In this document: in pieces, positions 23,738 to 33,167 of the stretch
How positions within the stretch are numbered: the stretch's first letter is position 1
Layout: every line of letters begins with the position of its first letter
Assembly: GCA_001782165.1 (NCBI GenBank)
Contig: MFNV01000006.1
Span: forward strand, 444 to 64,443
Source of the DNA: Candidatus Levybacteria bacterium RIFCSPHIGHO2_01_FULL_41_15
GTDB lineage: Bacteria; Patescibacteriota; Microgenomatia; Levybacterales; UBA12049
DNA length: 64,000 bases
Direction: 5' to 3'
Program-made: the position numbers and the translations under genes
Notes under the pieces: generated by a model
Told to the model about the DNA's origin: nothing
Databases searched by the model: none
The model's input: the letters and a program-made list of their open reading frames with translations, nothing else

Positions 23738-25456
23738 CTACATTTTTGTTGGGGATTCGATACCGAGGAGATAGAGGCCGGTTTTGAGGGTCTGACCGAC
23801 TCCTCGCGTGAGTTTTAATCTAAACTCTTCGTTTTCACTTTCCAGAATCTTATGTTTTTGATAAAAATTATTAAACGCCTGTGAAAGTTCAAAAAGATAA
23901 TTGCAGAGAAGATTTGGAGCAAAACTGTCTCCGGCCTCCTCTACAATTTCTGGGAAGTGAATCAGTAATCTTAAAACCAAGAGTTCTTCCTTTTCAAGTT
24001 TAATATTTTCTGAATTCTGAATTCTGAATTCTGAATTCCGAGCATTTGCGAGCACACTTTGCGTTCTCGCAAAAGTATATTGAATATACGGTCCTGAATT
24101 GCCCTCAAGATTGATCGACTCTTTGAAACTAAAGGTGATATCGGATTTGCGGGAAAATTTAAGCACAGAGTACTTTACAGCCCCTACAGCCACTTTTTCC
24201 AAGGTTTCCTCCTCCATTTGTTCGAAATTTTCTTTTAACCTTCTTTTCGTCTCATCCAAAAGCCACTCCCCCGAAATTATGTTTCCAAGGCGGGATGACA
24301 TTTTCGTATCTTTTAAACTCACAAAACCAAAAGAATAATGGAAAGTTTTTTTGGCAAGATCCGGAAAAACCTTATCAAGCGCTTGCAAAACTACTTTAAA
24401 GTAAGATACCTGTTCATTTGCGGTAATAATTATTGACTCGTCGTAGGGAAAATCGTCAAATTTTGCCGATGCCAAAGCCAAATCCTTGGCCTCATATGTT
24501 CCGTAACCATCGCTTGTTACAAAAACTCTAGTGTGCTTTCCGCGGAAAACCACAGCACCTTCATGTCTTTCAAAAATCCCATCTTTGATATGAGACAGAA
24601 CAATCTCCCTTCCAGGTTCTTCAACCTCGCTTTCAAAATAATATCTTTTGTATTTGGTTCCTAATCTTTTATAAATATCTTCAAAATGCTCAAGACTCCA
24701 CTTTCTCCCCTCTCCCCAAAGTTTGTTCAATCCTGGGTCTGATTTTTGATAAATTTTAAGATTTATTTCCCGAATTTCTTCCTGTGCTTTTTTATCTTCC
24801 TCGTACGCTTTTGCACCTGCCGCGTACGCTTCTCCCAAAAATTTTGCTCCTTTGTCTTTTGACTTTAAATTTTGAATTTTGAATTTTGACTTTTGAATTC
24901 CATAAATCGCTTTTGCAACATGCATTCCAACATCCCCTTGATAGTTGGCTCGAAAAACTTCTGCGCCTTGAAACTCCAAAAGCCTTGAAAAAGATTCCCC
25001 CAAAGCTATATTTCGAAGATGGCCTATGTGAAATTCCTTAAAGGGATTGGGGTCTGCAAACTCGAGCATTATTTTCTGCTTGCCCCGCGGAGCTTTCTTG
25101 ACCTTCGAAGTTTTAACGAAGGAGGTAGCGAAGTGGGGTTTCCCGTAATTTTCATCTGATGCTATTTGATGCAGTTTTTCTGTCAGATATTTCTTGGAAA
25201 GAAAAAAATTAAGAAATCCGGGCGGAGAAACTTCAATCTTCCCAACTTCGGGTACATTTTTTTGAAGCTCCTTTGAGAGGAAATTTCCAAATTCAATCGG
25301 GTTTTTATATTTATCCTTTACTTTGTGAAAAAAGGTAAGAGGAGCGTTCGTGGAATAATCTCCATATACTATATCAATCTGTACCTCCACTTCAAACTTC
25401 TCCTTTATGATCTTCTCAAGTTCTTTCCTAAGCGCTCTCTCAATCTTTCCCTTCAT
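23738..25456 (-). CDS. argS: Arginyl-tRNA synthetase, carrying in-frame repeat-derived insertions
   Basis: HIGH motif FHIGHLRNIALGE; class-I core and C-terminal anticodon-binding domain; 572 aa. Confidence 0.9.
   Translation of the reverse strand: MKGKIERALRKELEKIIKEKFEVEVQIDIVYGDYSTNAPLTFFHKVKDKYKNPIEFGNFLSKELQKNVPEVGKIEVSPPGFLNFFLSKKYLTEKLHQIASDENYGKPHFATSFVKTSKVKKAPRGKQKIMLEFADPNPFKEFHIGHLRNIALGESFSRLLEFQGAEVFRANYQGDVGMHVAKAIYGIQKSKFKIQNLKSKDKGAKFLGEAYAAGAKAYEEDKKAQEEIREINLKIYQKSDPGLNKLWGEGRKWSLEHFEDIYKRLGTKYKRYYFESEVEEPGREIVLSHIKDGIFERHEGAVVFRGKHTRVFVTSDGYGTYEAKDLALASAKFDDFPYDESIIITANEQVSYFKVVLQALDKVFPDLAKKTFHYSFGFVSLKDTKMSSRLGNIISGEWLLDETKRRLKENFEQMEEETLEKVAVGAVKYSVLKFSRKSDITFSFKESINLEGNSGPYIQYTFARTQSVLANARNSEFRIQNSENIKLEKEELLVLRLLIHFPEIVEEAGDSFAPNLLCNYLFELSQAFNNFYQKHKILESENEEFRLKLTRGVGQTLKTGLYLLGIESPTKM
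24012..24039. repeat. Tandem 7-mer (GAATTCT)x4 inside argS, encoding ...NSEFRIQNSEN...
   Basis: Read directly from the sequence. Confidence 0.7.
24861..24900. repeat. AAATTTTG/GAATTTTG-type low-complexity repeat inside argS (encodes QKSKFKIQNLKSK)
   Basis: gactttaaattttgaattttgaattttgacttttgaattc. Confidence 0.6.
25079..25145. repeat. RPE-like GC-rich palindromic element inserted in-frame in argS (encodes GKPHFATSFVKTSKVKKAPRGKQ); related copies at 32000..32038 (leuS) and 42420..42447 (intergenic)
   Basis: cttgccccgcggagc...ccttcgaagttttaacgaagg...gcgaagtgggg; internal perfect 6-bp stem CCTTCG/CGAAGG. Confidence 0.55.
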
Positions 25457-25589
25457 GATGTTATTGTAGCACAGAGATGGCTAATGGTTCAGGTTTAAAA
25501 TTTAAAGCGTACGACTTATTATGTACGTTCTTACGGCCAGTTCTCGGGCTTGACACTTTAAGCCATAATTGATAGCGTAATAATTGAAG

Positions 25590-25976
25590 ATGAAAATTCT
25601 AATTGTCGATGACGATGAAAGTCTAACTCAGGTTCTCTCAACAGCCTTTACCAAAGAAGGCTTTACTACAATTGTTTCAAAAACCGGAAGAGACGGGCTA
25701 AATAAGGCAAAAGAAGAGAATCCCAATCTGATATTACTCGACCAGGTCCTCCCCGATATTTCAGGCAACCAGATTTTAAAAGAACTTAAAATCGATGAGC
25801 AAACAAAAACTATACCGGTCATGATGGTTTCAAATTTCAGCCAGGAAGATTTAGTAAATCAGGCAATAAATGACGGAGCAACGGATTATATCTTCAAGTA
25901 TCAGGCAGACATTGAGGACATAGTGAACAAAGTCAAAGGTGCCTTAAAATCAGACGACTCCGGGCAGACAGTTTAA
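25590..25976 (+). CDS. Response regulator, stand-alone receiver (CheY-like) domain
   Basis: MKILIVDDDESL...D52-like ILLDQVLPDISG...K; about 129 aa. Confidence 0.8.
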   Translation: MKILIVDDDESLTQVLSTAFTKEGFTTIVSKTGRDGLNKAKEENPNLILLDQVLPDISGNQILKELKIDEQTKTIPVMMVSNFSQEDLVNQAINDGATDYIFKYQADIEDIVNKVKGALKSDDSGQTV

Positions 25977-25981
25977 TAAAA

Positions 25982-26857
25982 ATGGAGTTTTCAATTCTAA
26001 CCGCTGTTTTCTTTGGGGCTCTTGCAATCATATTCTCCATAAAAGAAGAGAGAAGCAAAAAAAAACTTGCCGAGGCGCAAAAGCAACTCGAGGCTGAAAA
26101 AAATAAACTTAAAGACAATATTATCAATGAAGAGAATATGAATAAAGTGAAGGAAGAGCTGACGCATGTTATGGTACATGAACTTCGCGCGCCTTTAGCA
26201 AGCATAAAAGACTCATCCGAACTTCTCCTCTCGGATAAATTCACTGAGGAAGAGAAGAAACAGTTCCTCAAAATAATAAATCATGAAGCAAAGCTTCTTT
26301 TAAGCCATGTCTCAGGGATTCTTGATGCTGCCAAACTTGAGTCGGGAACATTTACTCTGGAGAAGAATAAAGAAAATATAAGTGATATAATCTACGAAAC
26401 AATAAAGCTTTTCGAACCGCAGGCAAACAAAAAAAATCTTACTCTATCCTCTCACATAGACAGCCCTTTTCCCTTTGTTTTTATTGATAAAATAAGGATT
26501 GAGCAGGTAATAAATAATCTCTTGTCAAACAGCATAAAGTTTACTCCCCAAGGAGGCAAAATAACAGTTAAGGCAAGGCGGAGTTTAGACGGAGGAGTTG
26601 AAATTATAGTAGAAGATACCGGTATTGGTGTTCCTAAAGAGCTTCAAGGAGATATTTTTAACAAGTTTTACCAGGTGAAAAATCATGGTATAGAAATACA
26701 GGGGACAGGTTTGGGTTTGTATATTACCAAAAAAATTGTTGAGGCCCACGGAGGTACAATCGAAATTGAATCCGAAGAGAATCAGGGAACAAAAATTAAG
26801 GTTTCTCTTCCTGCATATGACGAGACTCACCAAGCTCCATCTTATCTTCCTAATTAG
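25982..26857 (+). CDS. Sensor histidine kinase (HisKA + HATPase_c) with an N-terminal TM
   Basis: H-box MVHELRAPLASI; N/G boxes NNLLSNSIKFT, DTGIGVP, GTGLGLYI. Confidence 0.85.
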   Translation: MEFSILTAVFFGALAIIFSIKEERSKKKLAEAQKQLEAEKNKLKDNIINEENMNKVKEELTHVMVHELRAPLASIKDSSELLLSDKFTEEEKKQFLKIINHEAKLLLSHVSGILDAAKLESGTFTLEKNKENISDIIYETIKLFEPQANKKNLTLSSHIDSPFPFVFIDKIRIEQVINNLLSNSIKFTPQGGKITVKARRSLDGGVEIIVEDTGIGVPKELQGDIFNKFYQVKNHGIEIQGTGLGLYITKKIVEAHGGTIEIESEENQGTKIKVSLPAYDETHQAPSYLPN

Positions 26858-27719
26858 GCTTGATACCGAATGACTCTCCGTCTGATACCACCTCTATATC
26901 TCCCGACAGATCTGTTCTTAAAGTCTTTATATGGAAATTTTTTAAAAGGCTTAAGGTAAAGGGGCTTGGATGTCCGTATCTGTTTTTCTTGCCAGCGGAT
27001 ATTACAGCCAGCTTTGGTTCAAGAGATGATAAAATTTTATCATTTAAACCTGTTTTTGACCCATGATGAGGAACTTCCAAGACATCTGTCTCCCCAGCTT
27101 CTGTCCCAAGAGCTTGGACAAGCCCCTCTGTTTGACTGTCTCCTGTAAAAAGAACACTGAAGCTTCCGAACCTAAGAAGAACGATGAGGGATCCAAATTC
27201 CCCGCTTTCTTGAATATTTCGGCCAGGGCTTGTCTTGTCTAGATATTCATAACTTGGTCCTAGAATCAAAAGACTTGTTCCATCTTTTAACTTAAAAGAG
27301 TCTCCCGAAAAAACATATATAATTTTCAAATTTCTACTTCTGATATTATCCATAAGCGCCTGGAAACTTACACTTTTATTGCTTAGGTCTTCAGTGACAA
27401 AAGATAACAAACTATATCTTTTTATTACAAAATTGAGTCCTGCAAAGTGATCAAGATGAGGATGTGTCAAAAACGCTGCCGAAATAGTTTTATCCCAAAA
27501 AGGCATGTGCCTTTCAAGACATTTTATGATCTTATCATCCGGACCTGCGTCAATTAAGAAGTTCTTCCGACCTGGCGTTCTTATGAAGACCCCATTCCCC
27601 TGTCCTACATTGCAGAATATGACATGAAGTTTGCCGTCATTGTATTTTGCATTTTCAAATACCGCAAAGCCGCCAAAAAAAAGAATTAGAAAAGAGAAGA
27701 TTAGTACGGTCTTTTTCAT
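26850..27719 (-). CDS. ComEC/Rec2 C-terminal metallo-beta-lactamase domain protein (separate ORF)
   Basis: HPHLDHFAGL motif; signal/TM at the N-terminus; start overlaps the upstream comEC membrane-domain ORF by 4 nt. Confidence 0.7.
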   Translation of the reverse strand: MKKTVLIFSFLILFFGGFAVFENAKYNDGKLHVIFCNVGQGNGVFIRTPGRKNFLIDAGPDDKIIKCLERHMPFWDKTISAAFLTHPHLDHFAGLNFVIKRYSLLSFVTEDLSNKSVSFQALMDNIRSRNLKIIYVFSGDSFKLKDGTSLLILGPSYEYLDKTSPGRNIQESGEFGSLIVLLRFGSFSVLFTGDSQTEGLVQALGTEAGETDVLEVPHHGSKTGLNDKILSSLEPKLAVISAGKKNRYGHPSPFTLSLLKNFHIKTLRTDLSGDIEVVSDGESFGIKPN

Positions 27720-28945
27720 AATTTATTTTTAAACTTTAAAACAAGTGAGACAAGAATGAGATAATATCCTGCCGCAAACTGCCAAGGGAAATCTTCGATT
27801 TCCAGAGATCCCCCTAAATCCGAAAAGAGGGAGACAATTTTGTCGAAATAAAAAATTAGAGGAAAGGCAAGAAGAATCACCGCTTTACCTGCCAATTCCC
27901 AAAATATACCCAAGGATCCTCCCACTGCGCCGATGACCATAAGAATAGGGACAGTCCAGAGCACCAATGCATTTACAAAGACTGACCAAATCGAATAGGT
28001 TCCGAAATTTGCAATAAGAATGGGAAGAGTGGCGGCTTGGGCAGACAAAGTTATTATCAGATCTTCTCCTATTAAAGTTATGTTCAAAGCTTTTTTTATT
28101 GTGTCTGAGAAAAAGAAAAACGGTCTTATGGATAAAAGCCCAAAAGTTGCTGCGAAAGAAAGCTGAAAACCTATATCAAATATCGTCAATGGATTTATGA
28201 AAATCATTAAGTATCCCGCGACCATGAGGGCATAAAAAGAAAGTCTTTGTCTGCCCAAAATTTGAGCAGACAAAGCAAGTATTCCCATAATTGTCGCTCT
28301 TACTATTGATGCTTCAAACCCAGACAAAACTGCATAAAAGAGAACCCCCGAAACTGTAAGAAAAAGGGCAATCTGCCTCTTTAAGAAGAACGAGAATACT
28401 CCTCCTATAAACCCGCCGAAAAGTGTTATATTCATTCCCGAAGCCGCAATTACATGCAAGACTCCCGCAATTCTTAAATTGTCCAAAAATTCCGAAGACA
28501 TATTCCTCCTTATTCCAAAAGCAATGCCCAAAAGCAAGGACGAATAATCCGAAGGCAATGTTCTCTCAAATAGGTATATTAATTTTTGCCGCAATACTGA
28601 TATAAATTTAAAAATAGAATTCTCATCTTCTATCTTTTGTATTTTCGGAAAAGACAAAATAAAAATCTCATTTTTATTTAGCACTCCGACTTTTAATTTG
28701 CCAGAAACTCTTATTCGATCTTGATAATTAAATTCAGGATGAGGTGAAGTTATTATTAAAATTCTGTTCAAATCTAAATTAGCAGATACTATTTGCCGAC
28801 TGCCAGATATTTTGGGCTGTGATTTGATCTGGGTTACAAAATTAACTTCTTCTCCGTCCTTTAAATCTTGTCTATTTTGATACTCCAAAAATGCTCGGAT
28901 TCCAAGAACGAGAATAAGAACCAAAAAGACAGAGGCAATTCTCAT
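27716..28945 (-). CDS. comEC: ComEC/Rec2 DNA-uptake channel, membrane (competence) domain
   Basis: N-terminal OB/DUF4131-like region plus polytopic membrane domain typical of ComEC. Confidence 0.7.
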   Translation of the reverse strand: MRIASVFLVLILVLGIRAFLEYQNRQDLKDGEEVNFVTQIKSQPKISGSRQIVSANLDLNRILIITSPHPEFNYQDRIRVSGKLKVGVLNKNEIFILSFPKIQKIEDENSIFKFISVLRQKLIYLFERTLPSDYSSLLLGIAFGIRRNMSSEFLDNLRIAGVLHVIAASGMNITLFGGFIGGVFSFFLKRQIALFLTVSGVLFYAVLSGFEASIVRATIMGILALSAQILGRQRLSFYALMVAGYLMIFINPLTIFDIGFQLSFAATFGLLSIRPFFFFSDTIKKALNITLIGEDLIITLSAQAATLPILIANFGTYSIWSVFVNALVLWTVPILMVIGAVGGSLGIFWELAGKAVILLAFPLIFYFDKIVSLFSDLGGSLEIEDFPWQFAAGYYLILVSLVLKFKNKL

Positions 28946-29574
28946 TAATAAATCGTAATTTTATCTTTTATTTTATCGAAGACCGAGCTGCCCACTATTT
29001 TTTTTGAAAGCAGATCATCTATGGTCTGGTAAGGCCTCCCTTGTATTATTTTTGATGCCGTAGCAGGCCCTATTCCAGACAAAGTATCTAATTCTTTATC
29101 AGATGCAGTATTTATGTTTATTAAGCCTCCTGATTGAATACTGGCTCCTCCCTGAACTTGGGAAGAGGTAAATGTTTCCCCTTCAAACGGTATATAAATT
29201 TTTATTCCGTCCGTAACTTTTAAAGCAAGATTTAGATTCTTGGCTACCCAATTTCTATCTGCACCTGAAGAAAGACCTCTGGCTGCTACCAGTACGTCTT
29301 TTACCCTTGATTCCTTGGGCAAATTATAAACTCCGGGAGAAACAACCGCTCCTTCTATATCTACTACGATCTGGCTATCTTTTTTATTACCTGAATTCAC
29401 TTCCGATGATTGGCTTGCTTTCTCAAATGCAATATCATTTGAGTTTGATGATGAAACTAATAACCCTATCACACCATATCCTAAAAGTATCACTCCCAAA
29501 AAACCCAAAATTAGCGGCAAGAGGTTCTGTCGGATAAGAGGAACTAAAGAGTCACTAAGGTTTTTATAATCCAT
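28945..29574 (-). CDS. comEA: ComEA DNA-binding competence protein (SLBB + tandem helix-hairpin-helix)
   Basis: ININTASDKELDTLSGIGPATASKIIQGRPYQTIDDL HhH motif. Confidence 0.75.
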   Translation of the reverse strand: MDYKNLSDSLVPLIRQNLLPLILGFLGVILLGYGVIGLLVSSSNSNDIAFEKASQSSEVNSGNKKDSQIVVDIEGAVVSPGVYNLPKESRVKDVLVAARGLSSGADRNWVAKNLNLALKVTDGIKIYIPFEGETFTSSQVQGGASIQSGGLININTASDKELDTLSGIGPATASKIIQGRPYQTIDDLLSKKIVGSSVFDKIKDKITIY

Positions 29575-32125
29575 TGTCTAAAACGAAGTTTATTACCTTC
29601 CCTTTGATATAAACAATGTCTTTGATCTTCCTTTTGTTTAAGTATTTTTGCACCCTTTGACTTTTCCTGGCAGTTTCCTCTATTTTCTGCTGATCATTAA
29701 TATGGGCTGAGTCAACCCTTAAAACATCCCGGGTTTTACCATTTATCTGAACGGCGATAGCAAAAATTTTTTCTGCCAAATATTCTTCTTTAAAACTGGG
29801 CCATGAGGCTTTATGAATAGAATCTTGGAAATTTAAAGCATGCCATAACTCCTCTGAAAAGTGCGGAGCAAAAGGACAAATCAAAAGAAGAAAAGTTTTA
29901 ACTTCATCTTTTGATATATTTTGTTCCTTTGACAAAAAATTATAATATTCCATAAGCGAAGCTATCGCAGTATTGTATTTAAGATTATCGATATCTTCTG
30001 TGACTTTTTTTATTGTTCTATGAAGCTTTGAGAGAGACTTGACTGAAACACTTTTATCTGAAATTTTGGTTAGACAAAGAACCCAAGCTCTTTTTAAAAA
30101 TCTGAAACACCCCTCAACGCTTTCCTCACTCCAGAGAACAGTTTGGTCAAAAGGTCCCATGAACATCTCGTAAATTCTCAAGGTATCTGCCCCAAATTTA
30201 TTGATTATTTCATCAGGATTAATGATATTTCCAAAGGACTTACTCATTTTTCTGCCGTCTCTCCCTAAGACAATCCCGTGTGAGCGTCTCTTTGCATATG
30301 GCTCAGGATTCGGCACTACACCAATGTCAAATAAAAATTTGTAGACAAACCGCGAATACAAAAGATGCAAGGTGGTATGTTCAAATCCGCCTTGATAGAT
30401 ATCAACCGGCATCCAATAATCCATTTTTTTCTTATCGGCAAGAGCCGAATCATTGCCAGGATCTAGATAGCGTAGAAAATACCAGTTTGAACCAGCCCAG
30501 TTTGGCATAGTATCTGTTTCGCGTCGTGCTTTTCCGCCACATTCTGGGCATTTTACCTTGAGCCAATCTTTGGCAAGCGCCAGGGGAGATTCTCCCGTTC
30601 CTGTTGGCTCATATTCTTTAAGGAACGGAAGCTCAACCGGCAGATCTTTTTCAGGAACCGAAACAGCTCCACATTTTTTGCAGTGTACTATTGGAATTGG
30701 CTCTCCCCAATAGTGCTGTCTTGAGAAAACCCAATCGCGGAGATGATAAACTGTAACTCTCTTACCCCAACCTTTTTCTTCAATATAATCCATTATCTTT
30801 TTTGTAGCCTCATGAATATCCAATCCATTGAGAAAATCCGAATTGATCATTGTTCCCTCTTCTTCTTGGACCTGAGAAGCTTTTGTGATTGGCGATCTAT
30901 CGCCATCTTTGCCAACAACCACACGGATTATTGGTAACTTAAAACTTCTAGCGAATTCGAAATCGCGAATATCATGACCAGGCACGCCAACAACTGCACC
31001 CGTCCCAACATTACCTAGAACAAAGTCACTCACCCATATTGGCATCTTTCTTTTGTTCAAGTCGTTAATCGCGTACGATCCCGTAAAAACTCCGGTTTTC
31101 TTCCTGCCTTCTGCGATTCTTTCAACCTCTGATTTTCTTACTGATGCATTAATATATTCTTTGACTACTTTTTTATGTTTTTCTTTTGTTATCTTAAGAA
31201 TAAGCGGGTGTTCAGGACCAACTACTATGAAAGTTGCGCCAAAATTAGTATCGGGCCTTGTCGTGAAGCACTCGATCTGATATTTACTATTTTCTATTTG
31301 ATATTTAATGTTGATTCCTTCTTTTTTTCCAATCCAATTTATCTGCTGTATGGCTATTTTTTGAGAGTAATCAACCAGTTTTAAATCTTCTAAAAGTCTA
31401 TCGGCGTATTTTGTAATCTTAAGAAGCCATTGTTTTTGCATTCGCTTTTGAGTTTTGGTGCCACAGCGTTCATGTGTTCCGTCTAATAAGACTTCTTCAT
31501 CCGCCAAATTAGTCTTACACGATGGACACCAGTTTACTGGAACATCTGCCTGATAAGTCAATCCCTTTTCAAAAAATTTTAAGAAGATCCACTGAGTCCA
31601 TTTGTAGTACTTAGGATCGGTCGTGTTTATTTCGCGGCTCCAGTCAAACGAAAGACCTAGGGATTTACACTGTTTCTTAAATCTTTCAATGTTTTTTGGG
31701 ACAATAGTAGAAGGGTGGACACGCATCTTCAAAGCGTAGTTTTCAGCAGGCAAACCAAAAGCATCCCAGCCAATTGGATAAAGCACATTCTTTCCTTCCA
31801 TTCTTTTCTTTCGGGAATACGCATCCATTGCAGACCATGAGCGGATATGTCCTACATGAAGACCTGAGCCTGAAGGATAGGGAAATTCGATCAAAACATA
31901 AAATTTCTGCCGCTTATCAAAATCTATGGCCCTATAAAGTCCCTCCTCCTCCCACCTCTTCTGCCATTTTGGCTCTATTAAACTTGGGTTATACTTCTGC
32001 TTGCCCCGCGAAGCCGCGTTTGACGCGGCGAAGTGGGGCCATTTGGGTTCAATTTCCGAAGGATTATATTTTGGAATCATGATTTTTACCTTTTCTTTTT
32101 TGTTTTTTGATTTTAAATTAGCCAT
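29564..32125 (-). CDS. leuS: Leucyl-tRNA synthetase, with N-terminal in-frame insertion/duplication
   Basis: HIGH region YPSGSGLHVGH; KMSKS; class-Ia editing domain; 853 aa. Confidence 0.9.
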   Translation of the reverse strand: MANLKSKNKKEKVKIMIPKYNPSEIEPKWPHFAASNAASRGKQKYNPSLIEPKWQKRWEEEGLYRAIDFDKRQKFYVLIEFPYPSGSGLHVGHIRSWSAMDAYSRKKRMEGKNVLYPIGWDAFGLPAENYALKMRVHPSTIVPKNIERFKKQCKSLGLSFDWSREINTTDPKYYKWTQWIFLKFFEKGLTYQADVPVNWCPSCKTNLADEEVLLDGTHERCGTKTQKRMQKQWLLKITKYADRLLEDLKLVDYSQKIAIQQINWIGKKEGINIKYQIENSKYQIECFTTRPDTNFGATFIVVGPEHPLILKITKEKHKKVVKEYINASVRKSEVERIAEGRKKTGVFTGSYAINDLNKRKMPIWVSDFVLGNVGTGAVVGVPGHDIRDFEFARSFKLPIIRVVVGKDGDRSPITKASQVQEEEGTMINSDFLNGLDIHEATKKIMDYIEEKGWGKRVTVYHLRDWVFSRQHYWGEPIPIVHCKKCGAVSVPEKDLPVELPFLKEYEPTGTGESPLALAKDWLKVKCPECGGKARRETDTMPNWAGSNWYFLRYLDPGNDSALADKKKMDYWMPVDIYQGGFEHTTLHLLYSRFVYKFLFDIGVVPNPEPYAKRRSHGIVLGRDGRKMSKSFGNIINPDEIINKFGADTLRIYEMFMGPFDQTVLWSEESVEGCFRFLKRAWVLCLTKISDKSVSVKSLSKLHRTIKKVTEDIDNLKYNTAIASLMEYYNFLSKEQNISKDEVKTFLLLICPFAPHFSEELWHALNFQDSIHKASWPSFKEEYLAEKIFAIAVQINGKTRDVLRVDSAHINDQQKIEETARKSQRVQKYLNKRKIKDIVYIKGKVINFVLDNGL
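32000..32038. repeat. RPE-like palindromic element inserted in-frame in leuS (encodes PHFAASNAASRGKQ)
   Basis: cttgccccgcgaagccgcgtttgacgcggcgaagtgggg; perfect stem GCCGCG/CGCGGC. Confidence 0.55.
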
Positions 32126-32153
32126 AAATGGAGCATAGCACAGAGAAGGGTAT

Positions 32154-33074
32154 TTATCTAGACACTCTATCGGCCTGTGGTAGTTGCCTCTGTTCTAAAA
32201 GATTTCTAGCATTTACCGGGGCAACAGATCTAAATATTGGCTTCTCCGGAGATTTTATTCTTATTTTTACCCTTCCTGGACCATGATCATCAAGAAGAAC
32301 CTGATATCCACACAATTCATACATGCTAAAGTTTCTGCACTCAGTAGCCCATCCTATAACTCCATTAACAGGTCTGTTAAAAAGTCTCTCTCGCTTGTCA
32401 TCAAAAACAATCCTAAGGGGAATTTGCCCATCACGCAAGATTATCAATAATCTTCCGGGTTCTTCTGATGGATCCCTCTTGGTTTCCGCCAAAAGGGCGA
32501 AAAGACCATCGACAACAACTGCTGAGCCATCCGGTTGAAGCTCCAATTCTGTCTCCGTCATATCGATTAACTCCTCGGCCCTTTCTGTAACCCGGCGCTT
32601 CCGCCTTTTTCCCCGGACTCTCTTTCCTAAATGGCTTTCGTAAATAATTCCGCTTTCTTTTCCTCTATCCCTTGCTCTTAAACTATTTAGATTAAACTTG
32701 CGGAAGATAAATGGTTGTCTGTCGAATGAACGAAGTTCTACTGTTATAGATGAGGAATTTTGAGGCTTTTTAATAATTAAACTATATTGACCAAATGTAA
32801 TACTGCTAATTTCCTCTGGTCGCAAGTTAAGATTTTGTGCGCTACTAATAGCAACCTGTCCCTGTCTTCCTACCACAACTGTGGGATGCTCTCTTCTTCT
32901 TAGAACTGTCAATTTACTTCTTGGTAGTTGTCCATCACTTAAATCACTCACAGCCCTAAGACAGAATTGTCCCCCATTAACAATCACAGCTTCTCCATCT
33001 ATAAAGAGTTCAACTAAACCAGGGGAATATCCTTCCAACCGGTCTTTTTTCTCAACTGCTGTTTCTAGTTTCAT
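32154..33074 (-). CDS. Hypothetical Arg-rich protein with apparent internal two-fold duplication
   Basis: 306-aa ORF; basic patch KRVRGKRRKRRVTERAEEL; no recognisable motif. Confidence 0.4.
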   Translation of the reverse strand: MKLETAVEKKDRLEGYSPGLVELFIDGEAVIVNGGQFCLRAVSDLSDGQLPRSKLTVLRRREHPTVVVGRQGQVAISSAQNLNLRPEEISSITFGQYSLIIKKPQNSSSITVELRSFDRQPFIFRKFNLNSLRARDRGKESGIIYESHLGKRVRGKRRKRRVTERAEELIDMTETELELQPDGSAVVVDGLFALLAETKRDPSEEPGRLLIILRDGQIPLRIVFDDKRERLFNRPVNGVIGWATECRNFSMYELCGYQVLLDDHGPGRVKIRIKSPEKPIFRSVAPVNARNLLEQRQLPQADRVSR

Positions 33075-33167
33075 TTGCTATAATTTAACTCTATAGCACA
33101 AAGTCTTGTGCTTTTGCAATAGTCCAAATACCGACTTCTTGCTTTTTGATTTGGGATTCTATACGAT

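Noticed and set aside
24012-24039. Possible CRISPR-like regular repeats
   Set aside because: The units are 7 nt with no spacers and lie inside argS, so this is a microsatellite, not a CRISPR array. No CRISPR array was found anywhere in the window.
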